This document shows, piece by piece, positions 48,130-57,569 of a DNA stretch of 64,000 nt. The position numbers and the translations under genes were made by a program. Source of the DNA: an uncultured Acidimicrobiales bacterium (GTDB taxonomy: Bacteria > Actinomycetota > Acidimicrobiia > Acidimicrobiales > CAVXTF01); contig CAVOZT010000003.1 in NCBI GenBank assembly GCA_963701375.1, positions 293,640-357,639 of the forward strand, given 5' to 3'. Position 1 is the first letter of the stretch. Every line of letters starts with the position of its first letter. The notes below the pieces were generated by a model. That model was not told the origin of the DNA. It saw only the letters and a program-made list of their open reading frames with translations, and ran no database searches.

Positions 48130-48863
48130 GAAGGTGACGTGCCGTCGTCTAGGTATTGAGATTCGTATTCGTCAGCGAGAAGATTCAGTGCCGACGCACC
48201 GTCACCTGAGAACGACGAACCGTGCATCAAGGCGAGCGTCGTCGGTTCGAGATCACCAAGCCGCCTCATGACTTCGGCTGTATCAGGAGCCAAAGAGGAT
48301 GCCCGGAACATCGCCTCGGCGTGCATCGCCGGTGCGACTATGTCTTGGGTCGTGATGGGCGGTCCAGCGCCGAAATGAGTGAAGAGATCGCCGCACAGCA
48401 AGGTACGAGTCGTCTCCTCGTATAGCACGCGTGCTTCCCAGCCATGTGGCACATGCGGAGTGTCGAGATGGCGTACCCGTTTGCCTCCAAGATCCAGAAT
48501 CTCTCCGTCGGCAAGTGCTCTTGGCGGCCTGTCTGCCAGATCGTTGAGCGAAACCAGGCAGCCAACTTGCCCGTGGGCCACCTCCGCTGAAGGAGAGGCC
48601 GACAGCCACTGATTCATCGATCCGCACTCGTCCGCTTCGACGTGCCCGAAGGTAATCCAGCGCAGCCGTTCTACAGGAAGGACCTTTGAGATCGCCTCCG
48701 ATACGACCGGAAACATTGCTCGTAGACCGGTATGAAATAGCAAAGGCTCGTCTGCGTCGATCAGGAATTGATTGAATGTCAACCCTGCGGGTGGCGCCAC
48801 TTCGGGGATAAGCGTAGAGATCCGGTAGATACCCTCTGTAATCTCGTCGATGCGCGTATCCAT
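48126..48863 (-). CDS. MBL-fold metallo-hydrolase-like protein
   Basis: 245 aa. Contains LLFHTGLRAMF ... WITFGHVEADECGSMNQW ... LDTPHVPHG. Confidence 0.6.
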   Translation of the reverse strand: MDTRIDEITEGIYRISTLIPEVAPPAGLTFNQFLIDADEPLLFHTGLRAMFPVVSEAISKVLPVERLRWITFGHVEADECGSMNQWLSASPSAEVAHGQVGCLVSLNDLADRPPRALADGEILDLGGKRVRHLDTPHVPHGWEARVLYEETTRTLLCGDLFTHFGAGPPITTQDIVAPAMHAEAMFRASSLAPDTAEVMRRLGDLEPTTLALMHGSSFSGDGASALNLLADEYESQYLDDGTSPS

Positions 48864-49618
48864 CAGAAAATCACTTTCGCCGCGAGGATCCCGATGACGT
48901 CCGTGGAGCCCCGGCCCGATACGACGCGGCAGAACTCACCGGCGTCGAGCCGCAGGCTCTCCCCGCCTTCGCCTCGGCGGAAATGCCCTCCTGCCGGCCC
49001 GTCCAGTTCCAGGTCGAACGGTTGACCGTGACAGGAGGCCCAATCTGACACGATGGCGGCCACAATCCGGCCGTCGTGATCTGCATCGAAGACGAGACTG
49101 TGGCCAGTTGCGCCGCAGACGTCGACCCGGTGCATCCAGACGTCGCGTGTGTAGATCGTGTCGATGAGGTAGCCCAGCGGCATCGAACCGAGCGGTGGAG
49201 GGGCTTGTACCCGCACCCACCGACGCATGAACCTCGGCACCCTGCGCCGACCTTTGAGCGCGTGCCGGACGATCACCTCGATCTTGTCAACCAGTTCGGT
49301 CGGTGTCAGATCTGCGCGCTCTGCCACCTGGAGTGCGGTCATTTCGTCGATCATCAAATTGCCCGTCGCCTTTGCGCGCTTGCTGGCCACGCGCAACTGG
49401 TGGACCATGACTCGTAACGATGCGTTCGCCTCCAAATTGCCGAGGTTGTGCGCTACGACCGCCCGGACGTCCCAAAGTGTGCAGTCGGTGGGACGAGCCC
49501 AGTCATCCGGTGCGAGGTCCTGCAGCAGGTCAAGGAATCTGGCGTACTCGTTTGCCGCCAGGATCATTGCCTCCCGGTGATCGGGGAGCCTCATCTCACA
49601 CGCTTCGGTCACGATCAT
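48863..49618 (-). CDS. DinB/MDMPI-N family (mycothiol-dependent maleylpyruvate-isomerase-like) protein
   Basis: Contains DWARPTDCTLWDVRAVVAHNLGNLE. Confidence 0.7.
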   Translation of the reverse strand: MIVTEACEMRLPDHREAMILAANEYARFLDLLQDLAPDDWARPTDCTLWDVRAVVAHNLGNLEANASLRVMVHQLRVASKRAKATGNLMIDEMTALQVAERADLTPTELVDKIEVIVRHALKGRRRVPRFMRRWVRVQAPPPLGSMPLGYLIDTIYTRDVWMHRVDVCGATGHSLVFDADHDGRIVAAIVSDWASCHGQPFDLELDGPAGGHFRRGEGGESLRLDAGEFCRVVSGRGSTDVIGILAAKVIF

Positions 49619-50226
49619 TGTGCGTCTCTTTTCTCGGGAGTCTTACCTTTGACATGTGCGAGGAACATCTCGGAGGCCTCGTCAACCAGCCGCAACCACC
49701 GATCGCCACCAGGATCGTTGGCGATCTGCTGATCGGCGAGCCCGGATGTCCAAGCGGTGTACAGATCGCGGTGCTCGGCACTGGTAACACCTTCGACCGT
49801 GAGCAACTCGTATGCCGCGCTCCAGCACTTCTTCGGCCACCGCATATGACTTGGGAGACGGAACGAACCCAGGGAGAGTCCGCTGGAACAGGAGTTGATA
49901 GCGAGCGGGGTCCTCAGTGCAGAAGTACAGAAACGCGCGCACGCGACCCTTGAAGGCATCTTCTCCTGATGTCGGATCGAAGATCGCGTCCCGCCGAGCC
50001 ATCGCCTCGTATCCCTGCTTGAACATGGCGTCGTAGATGGCGTACTTGGAGCCGAAATACGAGTAGAGGGAAGGGGGCTGCATGCCAACCGCAGCGGCCA
50101 GATCGCGGAGTGACAGACCCGCCAGCCCCTCGGCACGAGCAAGCGTCCACGCAGACTCCAGGATTTCCCGCGGGTAGCCTCATGCCGTTCGGCTCGCCGA
50201 TCTCGAACAGGATTATCTAATGCCAT
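49615..50226 (-). pseudogene. TetR family regulator split over three frames (two frameshifts)
   Basis: The three pieces are MALDNPVRDRRAERHEATRG | EILESAWTLARAEGLAGLSLRDLAAAVGMQPPSLYSYFGSKYAIYDAMF...SYAVAEEVLE | AAYELLTVEGVTSAEHRDLYTAWTSGLADQQI... The span is 612 nt, so the net shift is zero. Confidence 0.75.
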
Positions 50227-50388
50227 TCGGATATTCTTATATCGATCGGTAGCCGCTGTCAACCGCCGCCCATAACTGGAGTCTTCCGTTGGAACATCCG
50301 AGACTCCGGATCAACCTCCTTGAACCCGACCAACGACTGTGAAAATCGTGGTCACGAAATCAAACGGAAATAGAGGGGTGCGATTCTC

Positions 50389-51972
50389 ATGGCCGTGGGC
50401 GACCTGTTCGAGGGCTATCTGGCGTCGTTAGAGAGCTCCGGCCCTCTCGGACGCCCTTACGACGAGGTGTTCGACACGCGAGGCGGCTCTTACGATCAAT
50501 ATGCGGACGTCGTCTCCGTCGTGGCAGAGATGAGCTCTGACGACCTGGCCACGAGGGCGCTTCGTCTGGCACGAGCATTCATGGACCAGGGGGTGACGTT
50601 TGACCTAGACGGCGAGGAAAGGCCATTCCCCCTCGACGTGGTCCCCAGGATCTTCACCACGAAGGAGTGGAAGGTCATCTCGGATGGTGTCGCGCAGCGG
50701 GTGAGGGCGCTCGAGGCATTTCTCGACGACATATACAACTCGGCCCGAATCCTTCACGACGGCTTGATCCCGCACCACCTGATCACGAGCTCTCCCGGTT
50801 TTCTGCGCTCGGTGAAAGCAGTCAATCCGCCCAACGGCGTACGGATCCAAGTAGCGGGGATCGATATCGTCCGAGACGAAGATGGCTCCTTCGCCGTGCT
50901 GGAGGACAATCTCAGGAGCCCGTCGGGCGTGAGCTACGTACTCGCGAACCGGGCAGCCATGGCCAGGATCCTCCCGGAGATCTTCTGGGGTCAGCGTATC
51001 CAGTTGGTAGCGGACTATCCGGCCCGCCTCGTTCAATCACTCAGACGCGCTGCTCCAGCGGGTGTAGCTGACCCGAACGTGGTCGTGTTGACTCCCGGGG
51101 TCTACAACTCTGCTTTTTACGAGCACGCTCTACTCGCACGTCTCATGGGAGTGCACCTGGTTGAAGGCCGGGATCTCACTTGTCACGGCGTGGACGTCTA
51201 CCTGCAGACGACGGACGGCGAGGTGCCCGTCCATGTCATCTACAGGCGCGTGGACGACGAGTACCTCGACCCCTTGCAGTTCAGGCCTGAATCTCTCGTA
51301 GGCTGCCCCGGACTAATCAATGCTGCGCGGGCCGGCCGGGTGACGGTAGCGAACGCAATAGGCAACGGCATAGCCGACGACAAGCTTGTCTATGCGTACG
51401 TGCCGGACATGATCCGCTACTACCTCGACGAGAACCCCATCTTGAAGAACGTCGAAACTTACCGACTTGTTGACAGCAACGAGCTCGAAAATGCCTTTAA
51501 GCGGCGCAATGAACTCGTGTTCAAGCGGGTCGACGGATCTGGCGGCAGGGACATGTTGATAGGGCCTCACGCAACGACAGATGAGCTCAATCGGATGGAA
51601 CGGGCGGTCCGTTCCGATCCGCGAGCGTGGATCGCTCAGAGAACGGTGTCACTGTCGACTTCTCCCACGTGGATAGACGGCCGGATCGTCCCGCGTCGCG
51701 TGGATCTCCGACCATTCGCCGTGAACGACGGCGAGAACATCTGGGTGATGCCCGGCGGACTCACACGAGTAGCTCTTCAAGAGGGAAGCCTCGTGGTCAA
51801 CTCCTCCCAGGGAGGAGGCTCGAAAGACACGTGGGTCATCGGTGGCTCCCACCCGGCACCCGTTCATACGGTTGCGACGGGTATTGCCCCAAGCGCCGGT
51901 CCCCCAATGGACCTGGGTCCTTCCTTGCATGACGACCGAGGCCAACAACAGCAGCAGCAGCAGCAGCAATGA
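50389..51972 (+). CDS. circularly permuted type-2 ATP-grasp protein (DUF404/DUF407) with C-terminal Gln9 tail
   Basis: 527 aa. The family assignment is from memory of the family's overall sequence pattern (e.g. DGEERPFPLDVVPRIFTTKEWKVISDGVAQRVRALEAFLDDIY, PGLINAARAGRVTVANAIGNGIADDK). It ends ...DDRGQQQQQQQQQ. Confidence 0.85.
   Translation: MAVGDLFEGYLASLESSGPLGRPYDEVFDTRGGSYDQYADVVSVVAEMSSDDLATRALRLARAFMDQGVTFDLDGEERPFPLDVVPRIFTTKEWKVISDGVAQRVRALEAFLDDIYNSARILHDGLIPHHLITSSPGFLRSVKAVNPPNGVRIQVAGIDIVRDEDGSFAVLEDNLRSPSGVSYVLANRAAMARILPEIFWGQRIQLVADYPARLVQSLRRAAPAGVADPNVVVLTPGVYNSAFYEHALLARLMGVHLVEGRDLTCHGVDVYLQTTDGEVPVHVIYRRVDDEYLDPLQFRPESLVGCPGLINAARAGRVTVANAIGNGIADDKLVYAYVPDMIRYYLDENPILKNVETYRLVDSNELENAFKRRNELVFKRVDGSGGRDMLIGPHATTDELNRMERAVRSDPRAWIAQRTVSLSTSPTWIDGRIVPRRVDLRPFAVNDGENIWVMPGGLTRVALQEGSLVVNSSQGGGSKDTWVIGGSHPAPVHTVATGIAPSAGPPMDLGPSLHDDRGQQQQQQQQQ
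51943..51969 (+). repeat. trinucleotide tract (CAA)2(CAG)6(CAA) encoding Gln9
   Basis: Read directly from the sequence. The last A of the tract is the A of the alpha-E ATG (caATGA). Confidence 0.95.
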
Positions 51973-52919
51973 AAATGAAGAACGCACTTTTGAGCAGGGT
52001 TGCCGAATCCATTTTCTGGGTTGGCCGATACGTCGAACGCGCTGAAGGAACTGCCCGGATACTCGATGTCGTCGTGTACCAGGCGCTCGAGCAGAGCAGC
52101 ACTGACGCGACCTCCGCGGCAGCGCGGAGGCTGCTTGCTGTGATGGGGCTGCCCGACGACGAGAACGCGAGTCTCTGGGAGGTAACCGAACGCTTGGCGC
52201 GCGACTCGCGATCAAGATCCTCGATCGCAGGCGCGTTGCGGGCCGCGCGGGAGAACACAAGAGCCGTGCGCCATGTCGTGCCGGTCGAGATGTGGGAGAG
52301 GATTAACGCCACATGGACCGGCCTTCCAGGCCAGTGGGAAGTTGCTCAACTTGCGGGCCCCGCGGCCTACCTGGCTTTTGTGAAAACCCAGACCGCTGCC
52401 ATCACCGGGCTTGCAGATACCACCATGAGCCGCGACCAGACGTGGCACTTCTTCACCCTCGGACGCTGCCTAGAACGCACCGACGTAGTCGCCCGGCAGC
52501 TCGCCACCCTTCGGTTCGACGAAGTATCCGACAGCGGGCTCGTCATGCTGTTGAGGTCGTGCGGGGGTTACGAGCCCTACCTCCGTCTCGCTCACGGGGT
52601 AGTCGAGCCAAACCTGGTCCTCAATTTCCTGCTCAAGGACAGGCTGTTTCCCAGGTCAGCTTTTGCTTCTCTAACTGTCGCCGAGCAGTGCCTCGAGAAC
52701 ATGAACCCGATCGCCGATGGAAGCTGGGACGAGGCGAGGGGCTTGATAGGCATGGCTAGGGCCGGTCTGGAGTATTCGGAGCCAAGCGCGCTAGCTCACG
52801 GCCTGAACGAGCGCCTGGAAGGCCTCCAACGCACCATATCGGCTGTAAACGACACAGTGACTAGGAGGTTCTTCGCCAACGACATGCCAACAGCCTGGCG
52901 ACGGTGGGGCGGATCATGA
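51969..52919 (+). CDS. alpha-E domain (DUF403) protein
   Basis: MKMKNALLSRVAESIFWVGRYVERAEGTARILDV is a typical alpha-E N-terminus. It has an ATGA overlap with the ATP-grasp gene. Confidence 0.85.
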   Translation: MKMKNALLSRVAESIFWVGRYVERAEGTARILDVVVYQALEQSSTDATSAAARRLLAVMGLPDDENASLWEVTERLARDSRSRSSIAGALRAARENTRAVRHVVPVEMWERINATWTGLPGQWEVAQLAGPAAYLAFVKTQTAAITGLADTTMSRDQTWHFFTLGRCLERTDVVARQLATLRFDEVSDSGLVMLLRSCGGYEPYLRLAHGVVEPNLVLNFLLKDRLFPRSAFASLTVAEQCLENMNPIADGSWDEARGLIGMARAGLEYSEPSALAHGLNERLEGLQRTISAVNDTVTRRFFANDMPTAWRRWGGS

Positions 52920-52962
52920 ACGAAACGGGCAGTTGGCGGATCATGAACGACAGAGGCGGTTG
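52909..52962 (+). repeat. 27-bp tandem duplication spanning the alpha-E stop / transglutaminase start
   Basis: ggcggatcatgaacgaaacgggcagtt is followed by ggcggatcatgaacgacagaggcggtt, then a partial third unit ggcgcataaagac. It encodes WRIMNETGS / WRIMNDRGG / WRIKTEH. Confidence 0.85.
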
Positions 52963-53785
52963 GCGCATAAAGACCGAGCACGTCACCCGGTTCGCATATT
53001 CAGATCCGGCATTCGCCTCCTACAACGAGGTGCGCGTGGTCCCTCAAAGCAACAGCCGGCAAACCAGACTCGAGGCGAAGCTGGCGACTGCGCCACATGC
53101 AGCCCAGTACACGTACTGGGACTACTTCGGGACTCAGGTCGTGGCGTTCAATATCGACCAGGGCCACCTCGATCTCGAGATCACGAGTTCCTCTTTGGTT
53201 GAGACCCAACCCTCCGCGCAGCGTCCAACGGGTACGTGGTCCGACATAAAAGGGGCACAGGACAGCTTCGCCGAATACCTCGCCCCCACACCTCGAACCG
53301 CCCCCGATGCCGACCTGGCGGACGCCGCCGACGAGCTGAGGAGATCGTCGCCTCTGGCGACCATCGAGGCTGTGATGGCCTGGGTCCACGACAGGCTCGA
53401 GTACGTTCCAGGAGTGACGGGCGTGCAGACCTCCGCATCGGAAGCCGCCCGTGTAGGGCGAGGTGTCTGTCAAGATTTCGCGCACTTGTCGCTCTCTTTA
53501 CTTCGCGCTGCAGGGGTGCCCACGCGATACGTGTCGGGATACCTACACCCGAGCACCGACGCCGAGATCGGTGACCACGTCTCAGGGGAGAGCCACGCTT
53601 GGATCGCTGCCTGGTCAGGAAACTGGTGGGCTTTTGATCCGACGAACGCGATCGAAGTGGGAGTCCGCCACGTGATGGTCGCCCAGGGACGGGACTACTC
53701 CGATGTTCCTCCAGTAAAGGGCGTCTATGCGGGAAACGCCGACAACTCCATGTTTGTCGAGGTCCTCATCGCAAGGATGGGCTGA
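52916..53785 (+). CDS. transglutaminase-like cysteine peptidase family protein (Bact_transglu_N + transglutaminase core)
   Basis: Contains WRIKTEHVTRFAYSDP (N-domain start), GRGVCQDFAHLSLSLLRAAGVPTRYVSGY (Cys), ESHAWIAAW (His) and FDPTN (Asp). Alternative starts are GTG 52904 and ATG 52943. Confidence 0.85.
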   Translation: MNETGSWRIMNDRGGWRIKTEHVTRFAYSDPAFASYNEVRVVPQSNSRQTRLEAKLATAPHAAQYTYWDYFGTQVVAFNIDQGHLDLEITSSSLVETQPSAQRPTGTWSDIKGAQDSFAEYLAPTPRTAPDADLADAADELRRSSPLATIEAVMAWVHDRLEYVPGVTGVQTSASEAARVGRGVCQDFAHLSLSLLRAAGVPTRYVSGYLHPSTDAEIGDHVSGESHAWIAAWSGNWWAFDPTNAIEVGVRHVMVAQGRDYSDVPPVKGVYAGNADNSMFVEVLIARMG

Positions 53786-53838
53786 TCTCTCGACGTCGGC
53801 GTCGGGGTGAAAGGGCTGATTTCTGGAAGGCTGTCGCA

Positions 53839-54444
53839 ATGATCAGATCGGATCCGAAGGTGGACCTTCACAACTATCTTCAGGCCGCGCGCGACGCCCT
53901 GATGTGGAAGCTGGACGGGCTCTCGGAGTACGACATCAGGCGCCCAATGGTGCCGTCCGGCACCAACCTTCTGGGTCTCATCAAGCACGTGGCCAGCGTC
54001 GAATTCGGGTATTTCGGCGACACCTTCGGCCGTCGCTCAGACGAGCCGCTTCCTTGGTTCGACGACGGCGCAGAACCCAACGCGGACATGTGGGCCACCG
54101 CCGACGAGTCGCGCGAACAGATAGTGGGGCTCTACCACCGGGCGTGGGCGCATTCGGACGGCACCATCGACGCGCTCGAGCTCGACGCTGTCGGACACGT
54201 GCCTTGGTGGCCCGAAGACAGACGCGAGGTCACATTGCACCGGATCCTCGTCCACGTGATTGCCGAGACGGATCGGCACGCCGGGCACGCCGACATCGTC
54301 CGGGAGCTGATCGATGCCTCGACCGGGCTCCGAGAAGGCAACGACAACATGCCGGATGTCGACCAGGCGTGGTGGGAGGACTACCGGACCCGGCTAGAAC
54401 GAGTGGCGCAGGAAGCTAGCGCCGACGAGGGATGTGACGTATGA
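53839..54444 (+). CDS. DinB-superfamily (DUF664 / mycothiol-transferase-like) protein
   Basis: LLGLIKHVASVEFGYFGDTFGR ... LHRILVHVIAETDRHAGHADIVRELID. Confidence 0.75.
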   Translation: MIRSDPKVDLHNYLQAARDALMWKLDGLSEYDIRRPMVPSGTNLLGLIKHVASVEFGYFGDTFGRRSDEPLPWFDDGAEPNADMWATADESREQIVGLYHRAWAHSDGTIDALELDAVGHVPWWPEDRREVTLHRILVHVIAETDRHAGHADIVRELIDASTGLREGNDNMPDVDQAWWEDYRTRLERVAQEASADEGCDV

Positions 54445-54532
54445 CCCGAACGAGCATCCTCACGAGCTCTTCTCCGACGTCGTCCGATGAGGCCCGAGGG
54501 TAGTTGTCCCGCTCGCCATGCGTCGGAGCCGG

Positions 54533-56620
54533 TTAGACCAAGATCGATTCCAGGCTGTCGGACGGCAAGGCCTTTGAAAAGAGAAATCCCTGAGCGAGAT
54601 CGCAACCGGCTGATCGGAGCACCTCGAGCTGGTCGTGGCTCTCGACACCTTCAGCCACGGTCGTGAGTCCTAGGGCGTGTCCAAGGTCGACGACCGAGCG
54701 GACGATCGCATCGTCGGCCCTGTCGGCCGCCACGTCCCGCACGAAGGACGAATCGATTTTGACGAAATCAATCGGGAGGCGTTTGAGATAGGTGAGCGAC
54801 GCATAGCCGGTGCCGAAGTCGTCGACACCGAGGCGCACTCCGAGGTCGCGAAGCTGCGTCATGCTCTTCACAACCGCTCCCGTAGCCTCCATGAACGCTG
54901 TCTCGGTGATCTCCAGGTCGAGACGCTCGGGTGCAAGTCCGGAGTCGAAAAGAGCGCCCCTGACGGTATCGACGAGATCGCTGCGAACGAGTTGGCGGGT
55001 CGACAAGTTCACGCCCACCCGAGGGGCGCGGCAGCTCCGAGTTGATCCTCCCAGAGCGCCGCCTGTCGGCAGGCCTCGCGCAGGACCTCAGTGCCTATCC
55101 CGACGATCAGCCCGGTCTCCTCGGCGATATCGATGAATCCCGAAGGCAGGATCATCGCATCGTCGCTGGCCACCCGGACCAGGGCTTCTACGCCAGCAAG
55201 GTGGCGGTCCTGTACGTCGAGCAGAGGTTGGTAGTGCACTCGTATCCGATCGTCAACCAGTGCGTCACGGAGAAGCTGCTCCACGGAAAGTCTCTCCGAC
55301 GCGGACACCTGCAGGAATTGGTCGAACACGGCAAAACGGTCCTTGCCGCGCTTCTTGGCGACGTACATCGCCATGTCGGCGGCTCGCAGAATCTCCGAGA
55401 CGCTCATCCCATCTCGCGCGAATGCGATGCCGATGCTGACAGACGACTGCACACGCTCGCCGGCGATCACCAACGGGGCTGCCGCAGCGACGCGCAGGCG
55501 TTCCGCTACCACACTTGCTTCAGAAGGATCGTCCAGATCGCCCGCGAACACTGCGAAATTCGTCACCGGCCAGACGGGCGAGGGTGTCAGATGGCCTTAA
55601 AGCCATCTTCATCCGTCCGGCGAGCTCCAGTAGTGCCGCATCCCCCACTTCGTGACCGAATACGTCATTGATGCTCTTGAACCGATCGACGTCAACGTAG
55701 AGCACCGCTGTGTGGCGCCCGGAACGCTGATCGCGCGCCAAAGCCTGTCGGAGCCGGTCTGCGAACAACACACGGTTCGGGAGGCCCGTGAGGGGGTCGT
55801 GCGATGCTTGATGCTCGAGCACTTCCACGGCTCGGAGGCGTTCGGTGATGTCCTCCAACTGCAATATGAAAGATCTCGGCACCCCTGCAACATCAGATGC
55901 CGGGGTGGCCGACAGAGTTGCCCAAACCACGCGACCGTCGCTCGCGATGAGGCGGCATTGGGAGCAATGGGAGTCGATCTCTCCCTTACCTAGATCTTCG
56001 AAGACCTTCACCAAGCGGTCGCGGTCGGTCGGATGTGCGAGCGTCAGGAAGTTGGCGTGGCCTTCGGGTTCGTTGTCCAGGCTCAGCATGGTCGTCAGAG
56101 CATCGTTGGCGATCAGGATCTTTCCGGTTCGGTCAACCAACGCAATACCGATGGGAGCGTGATGGAAAGCGGCTTGGAATCTCATCTGCGCGCCGCGCAC
56201 ACGTAGGGAATTGACGATGACGCTCGATCCCGCGATATTCACTTCGTTGAGGTTGATATCGACGGGTATCTCGTTGCCGTCCTTCTTTCGGACCGCCAAC
56301 TGAAGCCCCAATCCCATCGACCTGGGTTGGGCCATTGCGACGTAACTCGCACGGTGCTTCTCGTGAATCTCTCTCACACGCTGAGGCACTAGTACTTCGA
56401 CAAGCTGGCCCACCAACTCATCCGCCGTGTATCCCACCAGGCGTTCCATTTGCGAGTTGACAAGGAGGATCCGACCATCCGTGTCGACGCACAGCATCGG
56501 ATCGGGCGCGGCGTCGAACAAAAGTCGGAACCGCGAGTCCTCCGACATGCCATCGACGTCCGGCATGGCAAAAAGAGTATTCACCGTTCTCGAATCTGCA
56601 CGCCAGTCCTCCAGTTCCAT
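54533..56620 (-). pseudogene. PAS-PAS-GGDEF-EAL signalling protein split over three frames (two frameshifts)
   Basis: ORF 55520..56620 carries the PAS domains plus DPLTGLPNR...ARLAGDEF. ORF 55009..55566 reads AVFAGDLDDP...SIGIA...HYQPL. ORF 54533..55018 reads VNLSTRQL...LEITE...DDFGTGYASL...KIDSSF. The span is 2088 nt, so the net shift is zero. Confidence 0.85.
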
Positions 56621-56775
56621 CCCCCAAACAAGGGAGCCACCGGGGTCTCGGGTGACAGATTGGCAGGCCGACGCTGAGACAACGTCCGTCGGACAACAGA
56701 CATCCTAGATGGCACTTCCGCAGGTGAGCGGCTTATCTGCGGAGACGCTGACAGTTGTGCCCCAGTTGTGTAGCC

Positions 56776-57390
56776 CTATGCACTTTGCCGTTCTTCACGG
56801 ACGACCCGTAGGCGGTGCACGAAGAGCACGACGACAGCGATCACCGCCAGCGCGCCCAATACGTAGCCGGCGTCGTTGAAGTCCTTCAAGACATGGTTGT
56901 AGCTGGACCCTAAGGCGTAACCCAGGCTTGCCAGGGCCGTGCACCAAATGGCGCAGCCGATGACCGTGAACACCAGGAACTTGGTGAAGACCATCTCGCC
57001 CAGGCCGGCCGCGACAGAAACGAAGGAACGCAGGAGCGGGATGAAGCGGCCGAACAACACGAGCGGCTCGCCGTGACGGTTGAACCACGCCTCGGCACGA
57101 TCGAGGTCCCGGTGGGTGAGCAGTACGTATTTTCCGAACCGGTCGACCAATGGGCGCCCGCCGTAGGAGCCGATCAGGTAGCCGGCAGACGACCCCAATA
57201 CCTCCCCCAAGGTGGCCAGCACGATGACCACAACCAGATTGAGGTGGTGAGGCTCGTTGTGAATCTGGCCGCTCGCCAACACTCCTCCGAAGATGATGGC
57301 CAACTCGGCGCCGACCGGCAGGCCCATTGAGGAGATGAAGCTCAAGACGATGACGGCGGCATAGCCCCAGGTCTCGAGAAAATGTTCCAT
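56776..57390 (-). CDS. DedA family membrane protein
   Basis: Contains MEHFLETWGYAAVIVLSFISSMGLPVGAELAII and FGRFIPLLRSFVSVAAG. GGAGGTGGAC lies upstream. Confidence 0.85.
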   Translation of the reverse strand: MEHFLETWGYAAVIVLSFISSMGLPVGAELAIIFGGVLASGQIHNEPHHLNLVVVIVLATLGEVLGSSAGYLIGSYGGRPLVDRFGKYVLLTHRDLDRAEAWFNRHGEPLVLFGRFIPLLRSFVSVAAGLGEMVFTKFLVFTVIGCAIWCTALASLGYALGSSYNHVLKDFNDAGYVLGALAVIAVVVLFVHRLRVVREERQSA

Positions 57391-57569
57391 GTCCACCTCC
57401 GATTTGGGCGATTTGCGCCGCGATTGGTCGAGCGCCCCCCGGAGGAGACCCCCAAATCTATGCACAGACGATCTGACGGAACCATGAACGTCGACATGTT
57501 CGGTCGGCTCGGGTCAGGCGCGGTTCTATCGGCAATCCCCAATAAGCACTGGCAGTAGCGTGGGTAGCC

